64,000 bases of DNA. Source: an uncultured Thermoleophilia bacterium (GTDB taxonomy: Bacteria > Actinomycetota > Thermoleophilia > UBA2241). This document shows positions 9,750-18,137 of this stretch, piece by piece. Positions within the stretch are counted from its first letter, which is position 1. The number at the start of each line of letters is the position of its first letter. Below the pieces are notes generated by a model. It was not told the DNA's origin and did not search any database. It was given only the letters and a program-made list of their open reading frames with translations. Location: NCBI GenBank assembly GCA_963736645.1, contig CAVTPJ010000002.1, positions 266,779 through 330,778 on the forward strand. The letters run 5' to 3'. The position numbers and the translations under genes are program-made.

Positions 9750-10403
9750 TCAGACCGTGATGGAGTCCTGCATCGCGGCGAACTTGGCGTCTCCGATGCC
9801 CGGGACCTCCTTGATCTCGTCGATGGTCTTGAAGCCGCCGTTGGCGGTGCGGTAGTCGATGATCTTCTGCGCGGTGGACGGTCCCACCCCGTCGAGCGCC
9901 TCGAGCTCCTCGAGCGATGCCGTGTTGATGTTGACGAGCGCGCCGACTCCCGTGGACGCCGCCGGCGCGGCCCCGAGAGCTCCGCCGGAAGACGCGCCAC
10001 CGGCGGGTGCGGCGGCGACTGCCGCCGCGCCGCGCTCGGGTACGACGATCTGCTGGCCGTCGGTCACGGTCGCCGCCAGGTTGACGGCTGCCAGCTCGGC
10101 CTTGGCCGTCGGACCGCCCGCCAGCTCCAGCGCGTCGGTGACGCGCGCTCCCGCCGGGAGGCGCACGACGCCGGGGGAGCGCACGGCTCCGCACACGTAC
10201 ACCACGAGGTCGGGCGCCGGCGACGACGCCGAGCCCGCGGTCGCCGCCGCGACCGGAGACGCCGACTGGGAGACCGGGGCGAGCACGACGGCCTGCGCCG
10301 ACGAGCCCGCCTGTCGCGGCAGCACGACGTAGCGCACGCCGAGCGCCACAATGACGAGTGCGATGGCCACGTAGGCGATGATCTGGCGTCGCGAGAGCTG
10401 CAC
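9750..10403 (-). CDS. comEA: Competence DNA receptor ComEA
   Basis: SLBB domain [12 protein letters not shown]; Hh[27 protein letters not shown]. Confidence 0.95.
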   Translation of the reverse strand: MQLSRRQIIAYVAIALVIVALGVRYVVLPRQAGSSAQAVVLAPVSQSASPVAAATAGSASSPAPDLVVYVCGAVRSPGVVRLPAGARVTDALELAGGPTAKAELAAVNLAATVTDGQQIVVPERGAAAVAAAPAGGASSGGALGAAPAASTGVGALVNINTASLEELEALDGVGPSTAQKIIDYRTANGGFKTIDEIKEVPGIGDAKFAAMQDSITV

Positions 10404-10592
10404 GGCCCACCTCCGGCGCCGCGTCGCTGGGAGCGTGACGGGCGCCGGGGGCGCGTCCGGCGCCCGTCGGGGAGGAGGCTACGGCAGCGGCCGGCGCCCC
10501 ACATCGCCCCCCAGGGGTGATTTCACGGGGTGACCGGCGCTGGGGTATCGTCGCGCGCACGAACCAGCGGTCAAACGGCACGAGGAGGCGGC

Positions 10593-11018
10593 ATGGCGAC
10601 CAAGGACATGTTCACCAGCGACGAGTGGCACAAGCTCCAATGGGCGGTGACCGACACCATGGCCTACCTGTCGATGGCGGACACCGGGTTCTGGGACACC
10701 TTCAAGGAGGCCACCGCCGCGGCGAAGTTCATGGCGGCGGCGAAATCGAGCAGCGACAGCCCGCTCGTCCACGACCTCGCCGGCGACATCAAGATGGGGC
10801 ACGACAAGGCGGTCACACACGATCGCGCCGACGTGGCCGGAGAAGTCGCGGCCCGCGTGCGGGAGGCAGCCGGGATCGTGGCCGCCAAGGCGCCCGAGGA
10901 TCTCGACGCCTTCAAGAGCTTCATCCTCGGCGTGGCGCAGGCGACCGCCGCGGCCGCCAAGGGCGTCGATGAGCATGAGGCCGCGGCCATCAAGAACCTC
11001 GAAGCCGCGCTGGGCTGA
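10593..11018 (+). CDS. Hypothetical protein (141 aa)
   Basis: GAGGAGG RBS before ATG 10593; host-like codon use; MATKDMFTSDEWHKLQW... Confidence 0.75.
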   Translation: MATKDMFTSDEWHKLQWAVTDTMAYLSMADTGFWDTFKEATAAAKFMAAAKSSSDSPLVHDLAGDIKMGHDKAVTHDRADVAGEVAARVREAAGIVAAKAPEDLDAFKSFILGVAQATAAAAKGVDEHEAAAIKNLEAALG

Positions 11019-11047
11019 CGTCGGCGGCGGGGCCGGCCGACGAGGGC

Positions 11048-13525
11048 CTAGCGCACCACGAAGTTGACGAGCTTGCCGGGCACGAAGACCTCTTTGACGA
11101 CCTGCTTGCCGTCGAGGAAGCGCGCGGCGTTCTCCGCCGCGCGCGCCTGCGCGAGCACGTCGTCCTTCTCCGCGTCCACCGGCACCTCGAGACGGTCGCG
11201 CAGCTTGCCGTTGACCTGCACGACCACGGTGACGACCTCGTCGGCGGCGAGTTCGTCGTCCCAGGCGGGCCACGGCGCGTCGAGCACGGTCTCGGCCTGG
11301 CCCAGCCGCTCCCAGACCTCTTCGGAGATGTGCGGCGCCATCGGCGCGACGAGCAGGGTCATGTCGGCGATCACCTCGCGCCACCGCGCGAGCGTCAGCG
11401 CGCCGCGAGCGCCGCCCCACACATCGAGCACCTCGTTCTGCAGCTCCATGAGCGCCGACACCGCGGTGTTGAAGCGGAAGCCGTCCATGTCGCGGGTGAC
11501 CTTGCGGATCGTCTTGTTGAGGGTGCGCAAGACCTGACGGCCCTTCTCGGCCTCGGCCTCATCGGCCGCCACCCCGCTCCCCTGCGCTTCCGCCACCTCG
11601 TTCGCGAGGTTCCAGAAGCGCCCCAGGAAGCGGAACGTGCCCTGCACGCCACGGTCGCTCCATGCCACGCTCTGCTCGAACGGCGCGATGAAGAGCTCGT
11701 AGACGCGCAGCGCGTCGGCGCCGTACTTCTCGACCACGCTGTCGGGCGTCACGACGTTGCCCTTGCTCTTGCTCATCTTCTGGCCGTCCTCGGCCTGGAT
11801 CATGCCCTGGTTGCGCAGGCTGGCATACGGCTCGCCGAAGTCCAGGTAGCCGGCGTCCCGCGCCACCTTGCAGAAGAAGCGCGCGTACAGCAGGTGCATC
11901 ACGGCATGCTCGGCTCCGCCGACGTACAGGTCGACCGGCGCCCAGTAGTCGACCTTGTCGCGGGCGAAGGCGGCCGTCTCGTCGTGCGGTGAGGCGAAGC
12001 GGAAGTGGTACCAGCTCGAGCAGGCGAAGGTGTCCATGGTGTCGGTCTCGCGATGCCCCGGTCCGCCGCACGACGGACACGCCGTGTGGACCCACTCCTC
12101 GGCGCGGGCCAGCGGCGAGCGGCCGTCGTCGGTCGGGTGGAAGTCCTCGAGGTCCGGAAGAAGGACCGGGAGATCCTCGACCGGCACCGGCACCGGACCG
12201 CACGACTCGCAATGCACCATGGGGATCGGCGTGCCCCAGTACCGCTGGCGGCTGATCAGCCAGTCCCTGAGCTTGAAGTTGACCTTCTTGCGGGCGACGC
12301 CGCGCGCGCCGAGCCACTCGACGATGGCGGCGAAGGCCTCGCCCGGCGCAGCCAGGCCGTCGAACCGACCCGAGTTCACCATGACGCCGTCGCCGGTGAA
12401 GGCCTCGGAGAGCGTGCCCTGAGCGCCGCGCGGCGGCGCGATGACCTCGACGATGGGGATCTCGAACCGCGTGGCGAACTGGAAGTCGCGCTCGTCGTGC
12501 GCCGGCACCGCCATGATCGCGCCGGTGCCGTAGCCCATGAGCACGTAGTCGCTGATCCAGATGGGCACCGGCGCGTCGTTGACGGGGTTGATCGCGTGCG
12601 CGCCGATGAACACGCCGGTCTTCTCCTTCTCGGTGCTCAGGCGCTCGATCTCACTCTCGCGACGGGCCTGATCCTGGTAGGCCTTGACCGCCTCCAGCTT
12701 CTCCGGCGCGGTCAGCTCGTCGACGAGCGGGTGCTCCGGCGCCAGCACCATGTAGGTGGCGCCGAAGAGCGTGTCCGGCCGCGTGGTGAAGACGGTGAGC
12801 ACGTCGTCGCGGCCCTCCAGCCCGAAGTCGACCTCGGCGCCCTCGCTGCGCCCGATCCAGTTGGTCTGCATGAGCTTGATCTGTTCTGGCCAGTCGATGG
12901 TGTCGAGGTCGTCGAGCAGACGCTGAGCGTACTCGGTGATGCGGAAGTACCACTGCTCGAGGTCCTTCTTGGTGACCTCGCTGCCGCACCTCCAGCACCT
13001 GCCCTGCTCCACCTGCTCGTTGGCGAGGATGGTCTTGCAGCTCGGGCACCACCACTGCTGCCCGGTCGACCGGTACGCAAGGCCACGCTCGTGCAGCAGC
13101 AGGAAGAACCACTGCGTCCAGCGATAGTAGTCGGGGAAGCAGCTGGTGATCTCGCGCGACCAGTCGAACGACAGGCCGATGAGGTCCATCTGGCGGTGGT
13201 AGTTGGCGATGTTCCGCTCGGTGGTGACGCGCGGATGCACGCCCATCTTGATCGCGTAGTTCTCGGCCGGCAGGCCGAAGGCGTCCCAGCCCATCGGGTG
13301 AAGCACGTTGTAGCCCTGCATGCGCTTGAAGCGCGACACCGCGTCGGTGGGGACGTAGTTGCGGCAGTGGCCGACGCTCAGCCCGTCGCCGGAGGGGTAC
13401 GGGAAGAAGTCGAGGGCGTAGAACTTGGGCTTGTCGCTCTCGTCGGGCGTGCGGTAGGCGTCGCGCTCCTTCCACAGGCGCTGCCACTTCTCCTCGATGG
13501 CGTGCGGGTCGTAGCGTCGGTCCAT
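11048..13525 (-). CDS. leuS: Leucyl-tRNA synthetase
   Basis: FPYPSG..GH, HPMGWDAFGLPAEN, TTRPDTLFG editing domain, DWLISRQRYWGTPIP, KMSKS. Confidence 0.97.
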   Translation of the reverse strand: MDRRYDPHAIEEKWQRLWKERDAYRTPDESDKPKFYALDFFPYPSGDGLSVGHCRNYVPTDAVSRFKRMQGYNVLHPMGWDAFGLPAENYAIKMGVHPRVTTERNIANYHRQMDLIGLSFDWSREITSCFPDYYRWTQWFFLLLHERGLAYRSTGQQWWCPSCKTILANEQVEQGRCWRCGSEVTKKDLEQWYFRITEYAQRLLDDLDTIDWPEQIKLMQTNWIGRSEGAEVDFGLEGRDDVLTVFTTRPDTLFGATYMVLAPEHPLVDELTAPEKLEAVKAYQDQARRESEIERLSTEKEKTGVFIGAHAINPVNDAPVPIWISDYVLMGYGTGAIMAVPAHDERDFQFATRFEIPIVEVIAPPRGAQGTLSEAFTGDGVMVNSGRFDGLAAPGEAFAAIVEWLGARGVARKKVNFKLRDWLISRQRYWGTPIPMVHCESCGPVPVPVEDLPVLLPDLEDFHPTDDGRSPLARAEEWVHTACPSCGGPGHRETDTMDTFACSSWYHFRFASPHDETAAFARDKVDYWAPVDLYVGGAEHAVMHLLYARFFCKVARDAGYLDFGEPYASLRNQGMIQAEDGQKMSKSKGNVVTPDSVVEKYGADALRVYELFIAPFEQSVAWSDRGVQGTFRFLGRFWNLANEVAEAQGSGVAADEAEAEKGRQVLRTLNKTIRKVTRDMDGFRFNTAVSALMELQNEVLDVWGGARGALTLARWREVIADMTLLVAPMAPHISEEVWERLGQAETVLDAPWPAWDDELAADEVVTVVVQVNGKLRDRLEVPVDAEKDDVLAQARAAENAARFLDGKQVVKEVFVPGKLVNFVVR

Positions 13526-13603
13526 GAAGTCCTCTCTCGCAGCGGTCGACCGCGTGCCCCGAGAACGGTCTCGGCGGCGGCCACCGGCGAGGGCGGCCGC
13601 ACG

Positions 13604-13639
13604 GGCGCGCGGCTTCTGATTCTACATGAGCCGCGCGCC
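13604..13639 (-). promoter_or_regulatory. Candidate leuS -10 box (TAGAAT, 13619-13624) inside an 11-bp inverted repeat
   Basis: GGCGCGCGGCT (13604-13614) / AGCCGCGCGCC (13629-13639) flank the hexamer. Confidence 0.4.
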
Positions 13640-13708
13640 GGGCTCCGCCGCCGAGCCGCAGCCCGGCGAGCCTGCCGCGGCGGCCCCCCGGCGAGCCCCC
13701 CGGTCAGG

Positions 13709-13736
13709 TTGCCGGCGAGGGAGGGTATGCTATACT
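13709..13736 (+). promoter_or_regulatory. Candidate promoter of tRNA-Ala
   Basis: TTGCCG, 16-nt spacer, TG-n-TATACT (13731-13736). Confidence 0.55.
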
Positions 13737-13771
13737 TTCGAGCCTGCCGGCTCGGTCGGCGCCCCTTCGGT

Positions 13772-13847
13772 GGGGGTATAGCTCAGTTGGGAGAGCGTTT
13801 GGCTGGCAGCCAAAAGGTCACCGGTTCGAGCCCGGTTACCTCCACCA
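13772..13847 (+). tRNA. tRNA-Ala(GGC)
   Basis: 76-nt cloverleaf; acceptor GGGGGTA/TACCTCC with the G3:U70 Ala determinant; anticodon arm TTTGG-CTGGCAG-CCAAA; GGTTCGAG T-loop; encoded CCA. Confidence 0.97.
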
Positions 13848-13940
13848 CCTCCCTCGCTTCGCCCGTTCTCCGGTTCTGCTCGTCCCGGCAAGCCCCGGCA
13901 TCGCCGTGCAGCGGCTGAACGCCTCGGGTACACTCGCGCG

Positions 13941-15482
13941 GTGACCAGGCCGGCACAACCGCGCGCGCTCTTTCTCCTCGTCTTCCTGGCCGGGATCGGC
14001 TCGATGGCGACCGAGATGTGCGCCTCGCGCCTGCTCGCCCCGTACTACGGCTCGTCGACGGTCGTCTGGGCCAACATCATCGGGCTCATCCTCGCGTCGC
14101 TCGCCGTGGGCTACTGGATGGGCGGCCTCGTAGCGGACCGCCGCCCGTCGCCGGCGCTGTTGTCGGCGATCGTGCTTGCGGCGGCCGCGTGGGTCGCCAT
14201 GATCCCGTTCGTGGCGCGACCCTTCCTCGACCTCTCGATCCAGGGCATCGAGACGGTGTCCACCGGGGCCGTCGTCGGCTCCTTCGCCGCGTCGCTCGCG
14301 CTCTTCGCACCGCCGGTCGTCCTCCTCGGGATGGTGACGCCGTTCGCCATCCGCCTCTCCACGACCGGCGTCGAGGACGCCGGTCGCGTGGCCGGCAGGG
14401 TCTTCGCGCTGTCCACCGCCGGCAGCCTCATCGGTACGTTCGTGCCGGCGCTGGTCACGATCCCTCTGATCGGCACCCAGAGGACGCTCATCGGGGCGGC
14501 GCTCATCATCGCCCTCGCCGCCCTCCCTCTCCTCGCCGGCCGGCGCCTGGTCGCCGGGATCGTCGTCGCCGGCCTGCTCGCCGCCCTGCTCGCTCTGCCG
14601 CCGGGGGTGGTCAAGGCACAGGAGGGCCTGCTGCACGAGGAGGAGTCCCTGTACCAGTTCATCCAGGTGGTGCAGTCCGGTGAGGAGCGGCTCCTGTATC
14701 TCAACGAGGGCTACGCGATCCACTCGGTGTGGCGCCCGGACACGGTGCTCACCGGCGGCGAATGGGACATGTTCCTCACCGCGCCGCCTCTGCTGGGGCG
14801 GCCGGCGGCGCGGGTCGCGACACTGGGCAACGCCGCCGGGACCACGGCGCGCGCCTACGGCGTCTACTACCCGCAGGCGCGCATCGACGGCATCGAGATC
14901 GACCCCGCCGTCACGGCGGCCGGCCGCCGCTGGTTCGGCCTGGACGACAACCCGCGCCTCACGGTGCATACGGCGGACGCGCGGCCCTTCCTCGAGAGCA
15001 CCGGCGCGCGCTACGACCTCATCCTCATCGACGCGTATCGCCAGCCCTACGTGCCGTTCTACCTTGCGACGCGCGAGTTCTTCCGGCTCTGCCGGGAGCG
15101 CCTCGCGCCGGGCGGCATCGTCGCCCTCAACGTCTCCACCGTGCCCGGCGACCACCGACTGGCGGACGGCGTCGCCGGCACCCTGCGTGCGGAATTCCCC
15201 CAGGTCGTCACCTGGCAGGCACTGCGCTTCAACCAGTTCGTCGTGGGGCTCACGGCGCCGCTCCCGAGGGCGGCCCTCACCGGCCGCCTGAAGGCGGCGC
15301 CGCGCGACCTCCTCCCCATCACGCTTCTGTTCGCCCGCGACCTGCGCGAGGCCCCGGCGGCCGCCAGACCCTGGACCGACGACCGTGCGCCCGTGGAGTG
15401 GGTCACGGACCGGATGATCGCGGCCTACGCTCTGCGCGGGGCCGCGACGGCGGAGGATCTCCTGCCCACCGCGCCTGACTGA
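13941..15482 (+). CDS. Membrane-fused spermidine-synthase-like SAM-dependent enzyme
   Basis: N-terminal TM domain (EMCASRLLAPYYGSS, STAGSLIGTF) plus LGNAAGT, IEIDPAV, DARPFL, DLILIDAY. Confidence 0.85.
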   Translation: MTRPAQPRALFLLVFLAGIGSMATEMCASRLLAPYYGSSTVVWANIIGLILASLAVGYWMGGLVADRRPSPALLSAIVLAAAAWVAMIPFVARPFLDLSIQGIETVSTGAVVGSFAASLALFAPPVVLLGMVTPFAIRLSTTGVEDAGRVAGRVFALSTAGSLIGTFVPALVTIPLIGTQRTLIGAALIIALAALPLLAGRRLVAGIVVAGLLAALLALPPGVVKAQEGLLHEEESLYQFIQVVQSGEERLLYLNEGYAIHSVWRPDTVLTGGEWDMFLTAPPLLGRPAARVATLGNAAGTTARAYGVYYPQARIDGIEIDPAVTAAGRRWFGLDDNPRLTVHTADARPFLESTGARYDLILIDAYRQPYVPFYLATREFFRLCRERLAPGGIVALNVSTVPGDHRLADGVAGTLRAEFPQVVTWQALRFNQFVVGLTAPLPRAALTGRLKAAPRDLLPITLLFARDLREAPAAARPWTDDRAPVEWVTDRMIAAYALRGAATAEDLLPTAPD

Positions 15483-15613
15483 CGCGGACCGGCGCAGTGA
15501 GGGCGCTTGCCCGCCGGAGGGTTTAGCCGTACCCCCTCACGGAAACTATCGGGGCACATGCAGCTGCGTCCGCACGGCTGCAGCAAGCCCGCATGCTGGC
15601 GGAGGAGGCGCGT

Positions 15614-15973
15614 ATGGAGGAAAAGCCGCAGTTCCGCGTCGACTACGAGGCCGCCACCGAAGACGTCGGCGTCGTGATCCTCGAGGGCGAGATCGACATC
15701 TACTCCGCGCCGGAGTTCAAAGAGGTGCTCGTCAACGGCATCGAGGGAGGCGCGACGCGGGTGATCGTGGATCTTTCGAGGGTCACCTTCATCGACTCCA
15801 CGGCCCTCGGAGTGCTCGTCAGCGGCGCGAAACGCGTGCGGCCGCGCAACGGCAGCCTCGACATCGTCTGTATCGACGAGAACATCATCCGGATCTTCGA
15901 GATCACCGGTCTCGACCGGATCTTCGGGATCTTCCCGAGCCGGGGCGAGGCCCTCAAGGCGGCGTCCGTCTGA
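15614..15973 (+). CDS. STAS-domain anti-sigma-factor antagonist (RsbV-like)
   Basis: LEGEIDIYSAPEFKE, VDLSRVTFIDSTALGVL (phospho-Ser motif), IFEITGLDRIF; GGAGGAGG RBS. Confidence 0.92.
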   Translation: MEEKPQFRVDYEAATEDVGVVILEGEIDIYSAPEFKEVLVNGIEGGATRVIVDLSRVTFIDSTALGVLVSGAKRVRPRNGSLDIVCIDENIIRIFEITGLDRIFGIFPSRGEALKAASV

Positions 15974-16042
15974 GCGGTCGCGGACGCCGAAAGACGTCAG
16001 GGGCGGTCGCCGGCGGGCCACGGGACGACCGCCGGGGGCGAC

Positions 16043-16429
16043 ATGATGGAGCTCCGCAGCACGAAAGCGTTTCGCGGCAGCAGACTCCGCGACGTGGCCG
16101 ACGTCATGCTGAAGACGAGAACATATGGTACCGGGCGGATCTGCATCGTCGATGGGTGCGGGACCCGGCTGTCGGCCTACAACCCTTCGGGCGTGTGCGC
16201 CTTGCACGGTGGCGCCTGGCAGGACGACTACCACCGCAGCACACGAAAGGCCAGCCAGCGCGAGGAGATCACGCGCCGCTGCGCCTTCGAGCCGTGCGGC
16301 CGGGAATTCACGACCACCAATCCGGCGAAGAAGTACTGCAGTGACGCCTGCCGCATGAAGGCTTTCCAGGCCCGCGTGATGGCGGCTCGGCGCATGAGCG
16401 AAGTCGGCGCCGAGCGGCGCGCCAGCTGA
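16043..16429 (+). CDS. Small Cys-rich putative double zinc-binding protein
   Basis: CIVDGC...CALH and CAFEPC...YCSDACR motifs. Confidence 0.65.
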   Translation: MMELRSTKAFRGSRLRDVADVMLKTRTYGTGRICIVDGCGTRLSAYNPSGVCALHGGAWQDDYHRSTRKASQREEITRRCAFEPCGREFTTTNPAKKYCSDACRMKAFQARVMAARRMSEVGAERRAS

Positions 16430-16502
16430 GAGGCGCCCCGTCTCGCGACACCACTGCGTCGCCCTCCCCGGGCCCGCCTGGTGGCGAGCCGAGGCCTGAC
16501 GT

Positions 16503-16910
16503 TCAGCAGGCCTCGACGGCGCAGACGGCCGGCGGGATCACCGGCAGCCGGCCGGCGAGCACGTCCATCGCGGCCTCCACCGTCTCGAACACGGGCACCA
16601 CGTTCGGCAGCCCCACGAGGCACAGGAGGCGCCGCACCTGCCCGCGTGGGCGCACCAGCAGCAACTCGCGTCGCTTGGCACGCTGGGCGGCCGAGAGCCT
16701 CACCAGAAACGCGATGAAGCTCGAGTCGACGAACGTCGTCCGCGCAAGGTCGATCACCAGATGGTCCTGGTGGTAGAGCGGCCCGAGCGTGCGGCGCAGA
16801 AAGCCGTCGATCTCGGGCACCACGTCCACATCGAAGTCCCCCTCGAGCTCGAGGACGCTCGGTCTGCCCTGCCCCTGCGGAGCGACCACGCGGAACGCGG
16901 CGGTGGTCAC
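16503..16910 (-). CDS. STAS-domain protein (second anti-sigma-factor antagonist)
   Basis: LEGDFDVDVVPEID, IDLARTTFVDSSFI, RRLLCLVGL; start uncertain. Confidence 0.82.
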   Translation of the reverse strand: MTTAAFRVVAPQGQGRPSVLELEGDFDVDVVPEIDGFLRRTLGPLYHQDHLVIDLARTTFVDSSFIAFLVRLSAAQRAKRRELLLVRPRGQVRRLLCLVGLPNVVPVFETVEAAMDVLAGRLPVIPPAVCAVEAC

Positions 16911-17164
16911 CGCACCGTCACCCTGCTCCGCGACTCTTCGCACCGGGCACCAGCTCCTCTCGAACGTCGTCCTCGCTCCGGCGAGCACGCACGCGACGCT
17001 AGGCGACACGGAGCAGGAAGTAAAGCGCCTCGACGGCAGTTTCGGCAGGTTGGCGCGTGAGGCTGTCACAGAGCCTGAACGATGGGCATGAACCCTCGGC
17101 TGATGATCAAGGGCGCCTCATGAACGCCTCGAGGGTAAGCGATAGCGCCGGCGGTGAGCCTCGG

Positions 17165-18133
17165 TCAGGCGCGCTCGGCGCGAGCCGTGGCCTTGAGCTT
17201 CCTGTACCTCGGCTCGCGCTCCTTGAGGATCGTGAGCACCGGGCTCGCGATGAAGATCGTCGAGTACGCCCCGGAGATGATGCCTACCAGCAGCGCGAAG
17301 GCGAAGTCCTTGAGCGTCTCCCCACCGAAGAACAGCAGGCAGAGGACGGGCAGCAGGCTCATGAACGACGTGTTGAGCGACCGTGTCAGGGTCTCCCACA
17401 GCGACTCGTTCACCATGTCCGCATACGGCATGCGGCCAAGCTTGGGCTCGTTCTCACGGATCCGGTCGAAGATGATGACCGTGTCATAGAGCGAGTAGCC
17501 CATGATCGTGAGCACCGCGGCGATGGTCGCAGTGGTCACCTCGCGGCCGGTGAGCGAGTAGACCCCGATGACGATGAGGAGGTCGTGGACCTCGGCGGCG
17601 ATCGCCCCGACCGCATACTTCCACTGAAAGCGGAACGTGACGTAGGCGAGGATGAGCAGCAGCGCGATGGCGACCGCCTTCAGTGACGAGCTCACGACCT
17701 GACGGCCGAACGACGCGCTCACCGTCTCGATGCCCCAGGCGGGCTTGCCGGCGACGCTCACGATCGTGAACTGCTCATCGAGAGCCGCACGCAGCTCCGC
17801 CTGCTCGGCAGACGACATCACCGGTGTCTGGATCTGGAAGCCCTCGATGCCCCCTCCGGAGACATCGGCCGTCTGCTGGATCTGGGCGTTCTCGTACCCC
17901 GCCTCCGCCACGGCAGTCCGGAGATCGGCGAGAGAAGGAGGAGTCTCGAAAGCCACGGTCACGCGAGTGCCCTCACGGAACTCGAGGCCGTAGTCCAGAC
18001 CGTTGATGGGATTGCCGTCGCCCTTGATGAACAGGCTCGCGAGGCCGACGGCGATGATGATGCCCGAAATCGTGAACCACCACGCCTTGTGGCCCATGTA
18101 GTCGAACGAGTACAGGCGGCGGAAGAAGGACAC
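17165..18133 (-). CDS. secF: Protein translocase subunit SecF
   Basis: GLEFREGT, ETVSASFG, GYSLYDTVIIFDRIREN, ETLTRSLNTS. Confidence 0.96.
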   Translation of the reverse strand: MSFFRRLYSFDYMGHKAWWFTISGIIIAVGLASLFIKGDGNPINGLDYGLEFREGTRVTVAFETPPSLADLRTAVAEAGYENAQIQQTADVSGGGIEGFQIQTPVMSSAEQAELRAALDEQFTIVSVAGKPAWGIETVSASFGRQVVSSSLKAVAIALLLILAYVTFRFQWKYAVGAIAAEVHDLLIVIGVYSLTGREVTTATIAAVLTIMGYSLYDTVIIFDRIRENEPKLGRMPYADMVNESLWETLTRSLNTSFMSLLPVLCLLFFGGETLKDFAFALLVGIISGAYSTIFIASPVLTILKEREPRYRKLKATARAERA

Positions 18134-18137
18134 GACG

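Noticed and set aside
13772-13847. tRNA-Ala as an integration site
   Set aside because: No duplicated tRNA 3' end and no integrase found in the window.
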